Assembly: GCA_016901395.1 (NCBI GenBank)
Contig: JAEAMQ010000051.1
Span: 40,614-104,613, forward strand
Source of the DNA: Prevotella sp.
Lineage (GTDB): Bacteria > Bacteroidota > Bacteroidia > Bacteroidales > Bacteroidaceae
Length of the DNA: 64,000 nucleotides
Direction: 5' to 3'
Below the pieces are notes generated by a model that was given only the letters and a program-made list of their open reading frames with translations, was not told where the DNA came from and made no database searches. Below, piece after piece: positions 15,347-25,262 of the stretch. A program made the position numbers and the translations under genes. How positions within the stretch are numbered: position 1 is the first letter of the stretch; every line of letters starts with the position of its first letter.

Positions 15347-16780
15347 TTATTTTTTACGATGCAGAAAGGCCATCATCTCTTTCAAAATCTGTGCTCCGGC
15401 CAGTCGCATCACGACATAATAGAGCGCCGCCGCCATCGCCATGCGCGAGAGCAGGAGCAGCCACAGGCTGTCGATGGAGCGCGTGGCAAAGTGGGTGGCC
15501 ACCATCACGCCACCGGCGGCGAGGGCAAACGGCACGATGTCGAGCAGGAAATCGAGGATGCGATAACCAATGAGGGTCCTCACAACATACTGCCAGATAA
15601 ACAGCCACAGCACATTGAGCACCACGTAGGCCATCACCATGCGGTGGATGCCCCACCGCCACAGCACGACCATCGTGAGAATCTGGACCACGCCCAACGT
15701 GAAGGTGATCCAGAAATAGGTGCCCGACCGCCCCTTGCTGATGATGAGACTCGACAGCAGCGAGCACAGCGGCATGACGGCCCCACTGAGGCAGAGCATC
15801 TGGATATAGCCCGCCGAGATGAGCCATTTGGCGCCGATGGCCAGCACGATGAACTCGCGCGCCACCAATCCGAAGCCCAGAAGCAGGGGAAAAGAGAGAA
15901 AAGAGGTGAACCTCACGAGCTTCCGCAGCGCGTTGACCTGACGCTCAGGATCGTCGCGCAAGTCCACCAACACAGGCTGGGCCACGGAGTCTACCATGCC
16001 CTGGATGAGCGAGAAGCACTTGAAATTCCACTGGTAGGCCTGGTTGTAGTTGCCCGTGTCGTGCGACGTGAAATAGTGGCCCAGCATGATGTTGAGCACA
16101 TTGTTGTTGACGTGCGTGGTGATCGTGGTGGCGAGGAGCTTGCAGCTGAAGCGGAACATGCGCCTCACCGGTCCGAAATCGATGTGCAGATTGGGTCGCC
16201 AGGGGGAGTAATGCCAGAAAAGCAACGTATTGATGACGTTGTAGGCAATAGTCTGTGTGGCCAAGGCCCAATAGGAGAAGCCCATGAACGCCATCACCAC
16301 GCCCACCGTGCTCGACACCAGCGTGGCGACGATGCCCGACTTGGCGCGTTGCTTCACCATCATGTTTTTGAACAGATAGGCCGACTGCGCAGTGCTCAGC
16401 GAGGCGAAAAGTATCGACAGGAAGGCATAGCGGCTCAGGCCAATGAGTGCGGGGGTGTGGTTGTAAGCGGCGATGAGGGGCGCGCAGAAAAACAGGATGA
16501 CATACATCGCCGTGCCCACCGACACGTTGAACCAGAACACAGAGTTGTAGTCATTGTCTGTCGGGGCATCGAGATTGGTCAGTGCGGTGATAAACCCGGA
16601 GTTTTGCAGGGCGGTGGCCACCAGCGAGTACACCACGATCATGGCTATCATTCCGTAGTCGCTCGGGCTGAGCAGACGACCGAGAATGATGCCAAACACC
16701 AGACCGATGAGTTGCATCGCGCCATTGTTCATGGCACCCCAGAAGAGTCCGTGGGCTGTTTTCTCTTTGAGTGAGTCCAT
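15347..16780 (-). CDS. wzx: Polysaccharide flippase (Wzx, MOP/PST family)
   Basis: A 477-aa protein with about 12-14 TM segments. The N-terminus (GLFWGAMNNGAMQLIGLVFGIILGRLLSPSDYGMIAMI) is typical of PST-family flippases. Confidence 0.8.
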   Translation of the reverse strand: MDSLKEKTAHGLFWGAMNNGAMQLIGLVFGIILGRLLSPSDYGMIAMIVVYSLVATALQNSGFITALTNLDAPTDNDYNSVFWFNVSVGTAMYVILFFCAPLIAAYNHTPALIGLSRYAFLSILFASLSTAQSAYLFKNMMVKQRAKSGIVATLVSSTVGVVMAFMGFSYWALATQTIAYNVINTLLFWHYSPWRPNLHIDFGPVRRMFRFSCKLLATTITTHVNNNVLNIMLGHYFTSHDTGNYNQAYQWNFKCFSLIQGMVDSVAQPVLVDLRDDPERQVNALRKLVRFTSFLSFPLLLGFGLVAREFIVLAIGAKWLISAGYIQMLCLSGAVMPLCSLLSSLIISKGRSGTYFWITFTLGVVQILTMVVLWRWGIHRMVMAYVVLNVLWLFIWQYVVRTLIGYRILDFLLDIVPFALAAGGVMVATHFATRSIDSLWLLLLSRMAMAAALYYVVMRLAGAQILKEMMAFLHRKK

Positions 16781-16823
16781 CCTTTGTCAGTTTTCCCACG
16801 CATGTCGCCGTGGGATAGTATTG

Positions 16824-16831
16824 CAAAAATA
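16824..16831 (-). promoter_or_regulatory. -7 box TATTTTTG (minus strand) for the wzx arm
   Basis: Matches TAnnTTTG, about 44 nt upstream of the ATG at 16780. Confidence 0.55.
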
Positions 16832-17039
16832 CGAATTATTTTTAGGATATCCATGTTTTGTCGCCACGGATATAAATATTGTTAACACACAACAACAGGG
16901 AAAGGCCAAAGACCCTACAGGACAGACTGAGACAGATTGGGAACAAACAGACACCAAACCCTGTAGCCATCCGTCACAACCGTGACCGCCAAAATAACCG
17001 ATGAAAGAAATGAACAAAAGGCTCTTAAAAGACGAACTT

Positions 17040-17290
17040 TTCTCATAACACCGACAAATCGTGCTGAAAAAACGCACAAAAATGCCATTTTTCAAAGCGC
17101 TGAAAATCAGCACCTTGTAATTACTTTACAATTTTCGTTTTACGAATACTATCGAATCGCAACATGAATACTATCGAATCGTGATGCGATTAGGGCCTAA
17201 TCGCCGCACGAAAAGGACCTAAAAGAAACAAAATCAGCACTAAAAAACGATGAAAAAAGGGTGTTTTGATGGAAAAACAAGGGATGAAGG
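17040..17290 (+). repeat. Dispersed TAATCG-rich intergenic element, copy B
   Basis: Contains TTGTAATTACTTTACA, then a tandem pair of ACGAATACTATCGAATCG-type units (the second reads ATGAATACTATCGAATCG), then TGATGCGATTAGGGCCTAATCG and CACGAAAAGGACC. It is colinear with copy C. Confidence 0.75.
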
Positions 17291-17547
17291 GCAACAAGAA
17301 GAGGAGTAAAGGGCTTTTTTCCCGCTTGCAACCACCTGAATAAGTGATGATCTTGACAACAGATTATGACCATTATTCCTTACAAAAGATGTCTGGTTTT
17401 TGTCTCCGCAGTGTCTCCTCCCGACAATGACCAAACGCAATCTCCCCCGACCTTTCACAGGCCGAGGGAGACTTGGGTAAACAGGCGGGGATGGCGGGAA
17501 AGTCCACCGGTGGCGGGTTTCGGCGCTTGTTTCCGAGCCTGTTATCG

Positions 17548-17569
17548 GGTGCGGGAATCGAACCGCACC
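17548..17569 (-). terminator. Hairpin about 40 nt downstream of GSIII copy 1
   Basis: GGTGCGG-8 nt-CCGCACC is a 7-bp stem with no U-tract. Confidence 0.3.
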
Positions 17570-17610
17570 ACCTTCATTTTAACAACCAATAAAAATAGTT
17601 CTCATGTCTG

Positions 17611-19800
17611 TTAGCGTATGAACAGAAGTTCACGGTATTTGGGCAGCGTCCAGAGTTCGTCGGCCACGATGAGTTCGAGCTTGTCGATCTGATAGCGTAT
17701 CTCCTCCATCTTCGGAGCGACGGTGTCGTGATAGGCGATGGCTTTCTCGTGCTCACACTCTATCTTGTTGGCCACCTTGCGGGCGTTGACAAGTTCCTCG
17801 ACACCCTTCTCGATAATCTCGGTGCGCTCGGCAATCTCGCGGATGAGTTTAATGTTGCGGTCGCTCAGCTTGCGGGCTTCCTCAGCGCCGAAAATGTCCA
17901 TCATGTTCTGCACATTCTTGGCCAACTGGCTCTGATAGTGGGTGGCCACGGGGATGATGTGGTTCATCGTCAGGTCGCCCATCACGCGTGCCTCAATCTG
18001 GATGCGCTTGGTGTAGGTCTCCCATTTCACCTCGTTGCGGGCCACCAGCTCATTCTCTTTCATCACGTTCATGTCGTCAAACATCTTGATGCTCTCCTTG
18101 TCGAGGTAGCGCTCAAACACCTTCGGGCACGAAGCCTCGGTGTCGAGTCCGCGGCGCTGGGCCTCCTCTTTCCACTCATCGCTGTAGCCGTTGCCGTCGA
18201 AATGTATCGGGGCACAGGTCTTGATGTCCTCGCGCACCACGTCTACGATAGCGCTGATCTGGTCTTCGCCACCGGCGATGAGGGCATCTACACGCTTCTT
18301 GAAGTCGGTGAGCGCCTCTGCCACGGCCGTGTTGAGCACGATGAGTGCGCTGGCACAGTTGGCCTCAGAGCCTACCGCACGCAGTTCGAAGCGGTTGCCG
18401 GTAAAGGCAAAGGGTGAGGTGCGGTTGCGGTCGGTGTTGTCGATCATAATCTCGGGAATCTCGGGGATGTCGAGTTTCACGCCTTTCTTGCCCTCGACGT
18501 TGAAGAGATCCTTCTTGTCCGACTTCTCGATGTGCTCCAGCAGGTCGGAGAGTTGCTTGCCGAGGAACGACGAGATGATGGCGGGAGGTGCCTCGTTGGC
18601 ACCCAGACGGTGGGCGTTGGTGGCGCTCATGATCGACGCCTTGAGCAGTCCGTTGTGACGATACACACCCATGAGCGTCTCGACGATGAACACCACGAAG
18701 CGCAGGTTGTCCTGCGTCGTCTTGCCGGGACCGTGGAGCAGCACGCCCGTGTCGGTCGAGAGACTCCAGTTGTTGTGCTTGCCCGAACCGTTGATGCCGG
18801 CAAACGGCTTCTCGTGGAGCAACACGCGGAACCCGTGATGGCGTGCCACCTTCTTCATGAGCGACATCAGCAGCATGTTGTGGTCTACGGCGAGGTTGGT
18901 CTCCTCGAAGATCGGAGCCAGCTCAAACTGGTTGGGCGCCACCTCGTTGTGGCGTGTCTTGCAGGGGATGCCGAGTTCCAGGGCCTGCGTTTCGAGGTCT
19001 TTCATGAAGGCCTGCACACGCTCTGGGATGGTGCCGAAATAGTGGTCGTCCATCTGCTGGTTCTTGGCCGAGTCGTGACCCATGAGCGTACGGCCTGTGA
19101 GCATGAGGTCGGGGCGGGCCGCATAGAGGTCGGCATCTACGAGAAAATACTCCTGTTCCCATCCGAGATTGGAGATAACCTTCTTCACTTCGGGGTTGAA
19201 GTAGTGGCAAACTTCGGTGGCAGCGACGTTCACCGCACGCAGCGAGCGCAGCAACGGAGCCTTATAGTCGAGGGCTTCGCCGGTGTAGGAGATGAACACT
19301 GTGGGGATGCAGAGCGTGTCATCGATGATAAACACGGGCGAAGTGGGGTCCCAGGCCGAGTATCCGCGGGCCTCAAAGGTGTTGCGGATGCCTCCTGAGG
19401 GGAAGCTCGACGCATCGGGTTCCTGCTGCACGAGCAGCTTGCCGGAGAACTCCTCGATCATGCCGCCCTTGCCGTCGTGCTCCACAAAGCCGTCGTGCTT
19501 TTCGGCGGTGCCCTCCGTCAGTGGCTGAAACCAGTGGGTGTAATGGGTCACTCCGTTCTCGTCGGCCCACTGTTTCATACCCTTGGCTACCGCATCGGCG
19601 ATGCTACGGTCCAGTCGTGCACCGTTGTCGATGACATCGATGAGCTTCTCATAGATATCGGCGGGCAGATACTTGTACATCTTCTGCCGGTTGAACACTT
19701 TCTTGCCGAAATACTCGGAGGGTCTCTCTACGGGTGAAAGGGTTTCCAGAGGCTTCTTCTTGGATGCCGATGCCACGGCATCAAATCTTAAATTTGCCAT
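17611..19800 (-). CDS. glnN: Glutamine synthetase type III, copy 1
   Basis: A 729-aa protein from ATG 19800 (MANLRFDAV...), colinear with copy 2. GSIII hallmarks include NQFELAPIF and GSGKHNNWSL. The 28 extra residues in the track start at a non-ATG codon. Confidence 0.95.
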   Translation of the reverse strand: MANLRFDAVASASKKKPLETLSPVERPSEYFGKKVFNRQKMYKYLPADIYEKLIDVIDNGARLDRSIADAVAKGMKQWADENGVTHYTHWFQPLTEGTAEKHDGFVEHDGKGGMIEEFSGKLLVQQEPDASSFPSGGIRNTFEARGYSAWDPTSPVFIIDDTLCIPTVFISYTGEALDYKAPLLRSLRAVNVAATEVCHYFNPEVKKVISNLGWEQEYFLVDADLYAARPDLMLTGRTLMGHDSAKNQQMDDHYFGTIPERVQAFMKDLETQALELGIPCKTRHNEVAPNQFELAPIFEETNLAVDHNMLLMSLMKKVARHHGFRVLLHEKPFAGINGSGKHNNWSLSTDTGVLLHGPGKTTQDNLRFVVFIVETLMGVYRHNGLLKASIMSATNAHRLGANEAPPAIISSFLGKQLSDLLEHIEKSDKKDLFNVEGKKGVKLDIPEIPEIMIDNTDRNRTSPFAFTGNRFELRAVGSEANCASALIVLNTAVAEALTDFKKRVDALIAGGEDQISAIVDVVREDIKTCAPIHFDGNGYSDEWKEEAQRRGLDTEASCPKVFERYLDKESIKMFDDMNVMKENELVARNEVKWETYTKRIQIEARVMGDLTMNHIIPVATHYQSQLAKNVQNMMDIFGAEEARKLSDRNIKLIREIAERTEIIEKGVEELVNARKVANKIECEHEKAIAYHDTVAPKMEEIRYQIDKLELIVADELWTLPKYRELLFIR

Positions 19801-19890
19801 ACTTCTGATTATTTGTTTGGGATTGTTGAATATGTTTCCTAAATATTTTTTCTGTTGGCTTGGGGCAGGGGCCGACCGCCGCAACCCGAC

Positions 19891-20598
19891 TTAGGGGCGT
19901 AGCGTGAAGCCACAAACCAACCAGGCCTTCTCGGTGCTGGGATTGGCAGAGATTCCGGCAAAGACAGGAACCGAGAATGTGTTGGTGATGATGATGTCCT
20001 TGGTGGCTCTCAGCGAGAGGTTGGTCACGGCAAAGCCGCCAGCGGCATCACCATAGAACGAGGTGGCGTAAGGCACCGCTCCCACTGTCGCCGTCCAGCC
20101 CATGGAGGCCAGCTGGAAGGGAACGGTGGCCTCGACGTAGGACGAATAGGCCCGCTTTCCGCTGCCGGTGACCCCATCGTTGCCCGCAAAGTTGGTGTAC
20201 CAGTTGAGGGCTACCGGTCCGAAGTCATATCCCACGTTGGCCTCGAAGACATGACTCGTGGAATGGGCAGCGTAATCAAAATAGCGGGTGTTGGGCACAT
20301 TGAACCAATAGTCGGTGACGCCGATGTGAAATCCGTCTTTCGCCCATGCCGCGGTGAGGTCAAACTCCTTGGTGTCTTCCTTGTCGGAGAGTCCTACCGA
20401 TCCCCATGCTGTGAGCGAGAATCCCTTGTAGGCCACACCGAGGGTGGGCTGAAGGCTTACGTCGCCCAGTTCCTGTCCGCGCCAGATATACTGGTTGACG
20501 AGGTCTGCGGCGATGGTTCCTTCGATGTTTTCCTGAGCAAATGCGGGGCTGACCGAAACACTGAGGGCCAGCAATGCCAATCTTTTTACCTTTTTCAT
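19891..20598 (-). CDS. TorF/Gcw_chp family outer-membrane beta-barrel (putative porin)
   Basis: Signal peptide ...SPAFAQE. YIWRGQELGDVSLQPTLGVAYKGFSLTAWGS matches the TIGR02001-type pattern, and the rest shows alternating beta-strand character. Confidence 0.6.
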   Translation of the reverse strand: MKKVKRLALLALSVSVSPAFAQENIEGTIAADLVNQYIWRGQELGDVSLQPTLGVAYKGFSLTAWGSVGLSDKEDTKEFDLTAAWAKDGFHIGVTDYWFNVPNTRYFDYAAHSTSHVFEANVGYDFGPVALNWYTNFAGNDGVTGSGKRAYSSYVEATVPFQLASMGWTATVGAVPYATSFYGDAAGGFAVTNLSLRATKDIIITNTFSVPVFAGISANPSTEKAWLVCGFTLRP

Positions 20599-20688
20599 AA
20601 GCTGCTGAAATGTTTTGATGTTAATATATGGTGACCACAGTTTGCCCGTGGTCGTGTCATTCAGTCAGCGCCACCCCTGTCCGACGGT

Positions 20689-21924
20689 TTATCTTTTGAC
20701 CCACCTGCTGATGCGCTCCATGGCCTCCAGCACGTTGTCGCGGTCGCCGAAAGAGGTGAGACGGAAGTAGCCTTCACCGCTCGGGCCGAAGCCTACACCG
20801 GGCGTAGACACCACGGCGCAACTGTAAAGCAACTCGTCAAACATCTTCCAGCTGTCGGTTCCAGGCGAGGTTTTCACCCAGAGATAGGGTGCGTTTTCGC
20901 CGCCATAGACCTTGAAGCCGAGCTTCACGAGCGTCTCGCGCATGATGCGCGCGTTCTCCATGTAGTAGCCGATGGTCTCGCGCACCTGCTGTTTGCCTTC
21001 GGGCGTGTAGATGGCCTCGGCCGCACGCTGGCTCACATAGCTTGTGCCGTTGAACTTGGTGCTCTGTCGGCGGTCCCAGAGTTGGTTGAGGTTGATGCGG
21101 CTCTCGTCGTCGAGGCGGGCGGCGGTGAGTTCCTTCGGGATGACGGTATAGCCGCAGCGGATACCCGTGAAGCCGGCCGTCTTGCTGTAACTGCGGAACT
21201 CGATGGCGCACTTGCGGGCACCTTTGATCTCGTAGATCGAATGGGGTATGGAGTCGTCGGTGATGTAAGCCTCGTATGCCGCATCATAGAAGATGATGGC
21301 ATCGTTGTGCAATGCATAGTTCACCCATTTGCGCAACTCCTCTTTGGAGAGCACCGTGCCCGTGGGATTGTTGGGGTAGCAGAGATAGATCATATCTACC
21401 CTGCGGTCAGGCAAGGCCGGAATGAAGTCGTTTTCCTCGGTGCAGGGAAAGTAGGTCACGCTGCTCCAGCGACCCTCGCTGAACAGTCCGGCCCGGCCAA
21501 TCATGGCGTTGGAGTCGGTGTAGACGGGGTAGATGGGGTCGGTGACGCCTATGCTGTTGTCCCAACGGAGCAACTCCTGGATGTTGGCCGTGTCGCTCTT
21601 GGCACCGTCGTTGATAAAAATTTCGTTGGCATCGAGATGGATGCCACGAGGCAGAAAGTCATTTTTCAGGATGGCTTCACGCAGGAAATCGTAGCCGCGC
21701 TCAGGGCCATAGCCGTGGAATGTGGCTTTGGTGGCCATCTCCTCGACGGCCTTGTGCATGGCCTCGATGACGGCCGGACAGAGTGGCTGGGTCACGTCGC
21801 CGATGCCCAGACTGATGACACGCTCCTTGGGATGGGAGAGCTTATAGGCGTTTACACGCTTGGCAATATCGGCAAAAAGATAATTGCCGGGAAGTTTCAG
21901 AAAATGTTCGTTTACTAATGCCAT
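20689..21924 (-). CDS. dapL: LL-diaminopimelate aminotransferase
   Basis: MALVNEHFLKLPGNYLFADIAKRV... and the SYSKTAGFTG PLP-lysine motif. 411 aa. Confidence 0.9.
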   Translation of the reverse strand: MALVNEHFLKLPGNYLFADIAKRVNAYKLSHPKERVISLGIGDVTQPLCPAVIEAMHKAVEEMATKATFHGYGPERGYDFLREAILKNDFLPRGIHLDANEIFINDGAKSDTANIQELLRWDNSIGVTDPIYPVYTDSNAMIGRAGLFSEGRWSSVTYFPCTEENDFIPALPDRRVDMIYLCYPNNPTGTVLSKEELRKWVNYALHNDAIIFYDAAYEAYITDDSIPHSIYEIKGARKCAIEFRSYSKTAGFTGIRCGYTVIPKELTAARLDDESRINLNQLWDRRQSTKFNGTSYVSQRAAEAIYTPEGKQQVRETIGYYMENARIMRETLVKLGFKVYGGENAPYLWVKTSPGTDSWKMFDELLYSCAVVSTPGVGFGPSGEGYFRLTSFGDRDNVLEAMERISRWVKR

Positions 21925-22099
21925 ACTGTTGTGATTCTTTGTTTATATTATTGGTTGTGTATAGGATAGTGTCCTCGTCGGAACCACCATCCGTCCCTCT
22001 TGGGATTGAGCATCCGGTCCCTGCGCGTCGAGAGTCTGACCGTCAGACCTTCAGTGCCAATTCGCAAGAGGGATATATTGTCATTGTATTTTCTTTGAG

Positions 22100-22951
22100 C
22101 TACTCGGGAAGTGCTATCTCTCCGTCGCAGACGAATGCTGCAGGCCCGGTCATATAGACATGTCCGTCGGTTGGAGACCAGCAGATATGCAATGTGCCGC
22201 CGTCCATGATGATGTCGGACTCGCGCGGGGCCAGACCGAGCAGCGAGGCGGCCACTGCCGTGGCACAGGCACCCGTGCCACAGGCCATCGTTATGCCGCT
22301 GCCGCGTTCCCATACACGTGTACGGATGCTACCGTCGGGCAGGATTTGGGCAAACTCGATGTTGCAACGCTCGGGAAATTCGGGCGAATGTTCCAACAAA
22401 ACACCATGTGAGGCGATGTCCAAACCTTTGATATCGTCTACAAAAATGACGTAGTGAGGATTGCCCATGCTGACAAAACGGGCGCTGCGGAAGCCCGGTA
22501 CGTCATGCGTGGGGGCCGTTCCGGTGAACTGTTCCGGCACGTCGGTCCGAGGCTCAAGCATGTCGACCGTCTCCGAGGTGACCGTCTCCGGATCACTGTC
22601 GCTGTCGAAATGCAGCCTCAATACCTTCACGCCCGAGAGCGTCTCCAGCCTGATCTCGTCCTTGCGGCAAATGTTTTTCTCATAGAGATACTTGCCGATG
22701 CAACGGCTTGCGTTGCCACACATCATCGCCTCCGAGCCGTCGGCGTTGAAGATGCGCATACTGAAATCGGCGGCATCTCTGTCCTTTGGCTCTCCGATGA
22801 GCACCAGACCGTCACTGCCTACACCCGTGTGTCGTGCGCTCCAAACGATGGAAGCGCGCTCTGGATCGGGCACCTTATATAACAAGGTATTTACGTATAG
22901 GTAGTCGTTGCCTGCCCCATGCATCTTCGTAAAGCGTATATTGTTTGACAT
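22100..22951 (-). CDS. dapF: Diaminopimelate epimerase
   Basis: [11 protein letters not shown], the catalytic-Cys contexts MMCGNASRC and MACGTGACA, and a size of 283 aa. Confidence 0.9.
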   Translation of the reverse strand: MSNNIRFTKMHGAGNDYLYVNTLLYKVPDPERASIVWSARHTGVGSDGLVLIGEPKDRDAADFSMRIFNADGSEAMMCGNASRCIGKYLYEKNICRKDEIRLETLSGVKVLRLHFDSDSDPETVTSETVDMLEPRTDVPEQFTGTAPTHDVPGFRSARFVSMGNPHYVIFVDDIKGLDIASHGVLLEHSPEFPERCNIEFAQILPDGSIRTRVWERGSGITMACGTGACATAVAASLLGLAPRESDIIMDGGTLHICWSPTDGHVYMTGPAAFVCDGEIALPE

Positions 22952-22999
22952 ATTGCCGTTATTTTATCAATTAAATGAACATTTGTTCGTTTTATGTTG

Positions 23000-23007
23000 C
23001 AAAGATA
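23000..23007 (-). promoter_or_regulatory. -7 box TATCTTTG (minus strand) for dapF
   Basis: Matches TAnnTTTG, about 49 nt upstream of the ATG at 22951. Confidence 0.55.
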
Positions 23008-23206
23008 AGGCAAAAGGATAGTATAATCATTGTTTTGCCTAAAAAAAACAATCTTCTTTAGGAAAAATAACAATTTGAAATCTATTAGCTTCCTTTTATT
23101 ATCAATCTGTAACTAAATCGTGTGATTATAATATAACATTGTTGTTTTGATTAGATTTTAATCAACATAATGCTCTATACGAAATCAATTTTCTTTCAAA
23201 ATGTAT

Positions 23207-23214
23207 TAATTTTG
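23207..23214 (+). promoter_or_regulatory. Candidate -7 box TAATTTTG for asnB (implies a leader of about 190 nt)
   Basis: This is the only forward TAnnTTTG match I found in the 460-bp divergent intergenic region. Confidence 0.35.
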
Positions 23215-23411
23215 CCATCGTAACGTTTCAAATAGACGATGAAAGCCTTGTCTGGGTAGCAAAAGATAAAAACCAGACTACGGAAAGGTTATCGGATCAG
23301 GCGGATTGGAACGACAAACGTCTGTGGACGAAGGACCGGGACGGACCGAATGGCATCTTTTTGACGCGACAAGACATCATCAACATCATTCAACCATAAC
23401 AAGAAGCAACC

Positions 23412-25142
23412 ATGTGTGGAATCGTAGGAATATTCAATATTCAGGAACAGACACCTGAATGGAGACAGAAAGCATTGTCGATGAGTCGCAAAATCCGTCA
23501 CCGAGGACCCGACTGGAGTGGTATATATTGTGGTGGACCGACTATCCTTGCCCACGAACGCCTGAGCATTGTAGACCCGGAGTCGGGCCAGCAACCGCTC
23601 TATGCGCCTGACAAAAAGCAGGTGTTGGCCGTGAATGGAGAGATTTACAACCACCGGAACCTGCGTCGGGAGTTTGCCAGAAGCTATGAGTTTCAGACCG
23701 GCAGCGACTGCGAGGTGATCCTTGCCTTATGGCGACAGCTCACCGAGTCGGCCTCACCCATTAGCCATGAGGCCATCACCGCCATGCTCGAACGTCTCTC
23801 GGGTATCTTCGCCTTTGCCCTCTACGATGCCTCGCGCGACGAGTTTCTCATTGCCCGCGACCCCATCGGCGTCATCCCCTTGTACATTGGCCACGACGCC
23901 GACGGCACGGTCTATGTGGCGAGCGAACTGAAAGCCCTCGAAGGCTATTGCGAAACCTACGAGCCTTTCCTTCCCGGGCACTATTATTGGAGCCGCACGC
24001 CAGGCATGAGACGCTACTATGAGCGGCCTTGGATGGCTGAGCCTTCCGACCAGTCTGACCAGTCCGACCAGTCCGAGAACTCTAAGCACCGCGCCGCCGT
24101 GCAGGCCGTCCACGACGGTCTCACCGAGTCGGTGCGCCGTCAGCTCATGAGCGATGTGCCCTACGGCGTGCTGCTCTCGGGCGGGCTCGACTCATCGGTC
24201 ATCTCGGCCATAGCCAAACAGTTTGCCGAACGGCGCATTGAGGTCGACGGCGAGACTCCCGCCTACTGGCCCCGCCTGCACAGTTTTGCCGTGGGATTGA
24301 AGGGCGCACCCGACCTGGGCAAAGCCAAACTCGTGGCCGACCATATCGGCACGGTGCACCATGAAATCAATTACACCATTCAGGAGGGCCTCGATGCCAT
24401 CCGCGACGTGATTTATTTCATCGAGACCTACGACGTGACGACCGTCCGCGCCTCTACGCCGATGTATCTGTTGGCCCGTGTCATCAAGTCGATGGGCATC
24501 AAAATGGTGCTTTCGGGCGAAGGTGCCGACGAGATTTTCGGCGGTTATCTCTATTTCCACAAGGCCCCCTCGCGCGAGGAGTTCCACCGCGAGACAGTGC
24601 GCAAACTGTCGAAACTCCACCTATACGACTGTCTGCGGGCCAACAAGAGCCTTGCCGCGTGGGGCGTGGAAGGCCGTGTGCCGTTCCTCGACAAGGAGTT
24701 TGTCGACCTCGCCATGAGCCTCGACCCCGCGGAAAAGATGTGTCCCGGCACGACGATAGAGAAGAAAGTGGTGCGTGAGGCGTTTGCCGACTTGCTGCCC
24801 GAGGACGTAGCTTGGCGACAAAAAGAGCAATTCTCCGACGGCGTGGGCTACTCATGGATTGACACGTTGAAGCAGATTACCGCTGCCGCCGTGACAGACG
24901 AGCAGATGGCGCACGCCGCCGAGCGGTTCCCCATCAATCCGCCGCAGAACAAGGAAGAATACTATTACCGTTCGATTTTTGCCGAACACTTCCCCAGCGA
25001 CAGTGCCGCCCGGTCAGTGCCCAGCGTGCCGAGCGTGGCCTGCAGCACTCCCGAAGCACTGGCCTGGGACGCATCCTTTGCCCACGTGAACGACCCAAGC
25101 GGACGGGCCGTGGCCGGCGTGCATGAGAAAGCATATCAATAA
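23412..25142 (+). CDS. asnB: Asparagine synthase B (glutamine-hydrolysing)
   Basis: N-terminal MCGIVG nucleophile, the SGGLDSS PP-loop, and a size of 576 aa. Confidence 0.95.
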   Translation: MCGIVGIFNIQEQTPEWRQKALSMSRKIRHRGPDWSGIYCGGPTILAHERLSIVDPESGQQPLYAPDKKQVLAVNGEIYNHRNLRREFARSYEFQTGSDCEVILALWRQLTESASPISHEAITAMLERLSGIFAFALYDASRDEFLIARDPIGVIPLYIGHDADGTVYVASELKALEGYCETYEPFLPGHYYWSRTPGMRRYYERPWMAEPSDQSDQSDQSENSKHRAAVQAVHDGLTESVRRQLMSDVPYGVLLSGGLDSSVISAIAKQFAERRIEVDGETPAYWPRLHSFAVGLKGAPDLGKAKLVADHIGTVHHEINYTIQEGLDAIRDVIYFIETYDVTTVRASTPMYLLARVIKSMGIKMVLSGEGADEIFGGYLYFHKAPSREEFHRETVRKLSKLHLYDCLRANKSLAAWGVEGRVPFLDKEFVDLAMSLDPAEKMCPGTTIEKKVVREAFADLLPEDVAWRQKEQFSDGVGYSWIDTLKQITAAAVTDEQMAHAAERFPINPPQNKEEYYYRSIFAEHFPSDSAARSVPSVPSVACSTPEALAWDASFAHVNDPSGRAVAGVHEKAYQ

Positions 25143-25221
25143 ACAAAGATCAGGTGGGGATAAAAGACGCTGCATAGAGACATGGCAGGACTGCCGTCTG
25201 GCTTTCCCAACAGTTCCGAAG

Positions 25222-25262
25222 TTCCGAATCGAGTCAAAAAAGTACATCGATTCGGAATTTTT
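25222..25262 (+). terminator. Rho-independent terminator of asnB
   Basis: TTCCGAATCGA-14 nt-TCGATTCGGAA is an 11-bp stem followed by TTTTT. Confidence 0.75.

Noticed and set aside
15257-16774. A 505-aa ORF on the + strand antisense to wzx. Similar long antisense ORFs are 47143-48993 (616 aa), 39415-41091 (558 aa), 28986-30494 (502 aa), 56241-57614 (457 aa) and 14353-15573 (406 aa).
   Set aside because: They are His/Arg/Gly/Val-rich low-complexity translations with no recognisable motifs. Each lies exactly opposite a confidently identified gene. These are typical shadow ORFs of GC-rich coding DNA.
17430-17475. TCTCCCCCGACC...CCGAGGGAGA as an additional copy of the G/C palindromic element.
   Set aside because: It shares only the G/C-run character and lacks both the CCCCTCCC-N4-GGGAGGGG core and the GGGGAGAGGC tail.
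17548-17569. A GGGAATCGAACC string that resembles the reverse complement of a tRNA T-arm, which could indicate a tRNA or tmRNA gene.
   Set aside because: The best pairing is a 7-bp stem with an 8-nt loop, not the canonical 5 bp + 7 nt. No acceptor stem, CCA context, anticodon arm or D arm can be built on either side. It is more likely a simple hairpin downstream of glnN copy 1.
22952-23411. The AT-rich 460-bp dapF/asnB divergent region considered as a possible integration hotspot or mobile-element remnant.
   Set aside because: It has no direct or inverted terminal repeats, no recombinase and no tRNA. It is adequately explained as a divergent promoter region.
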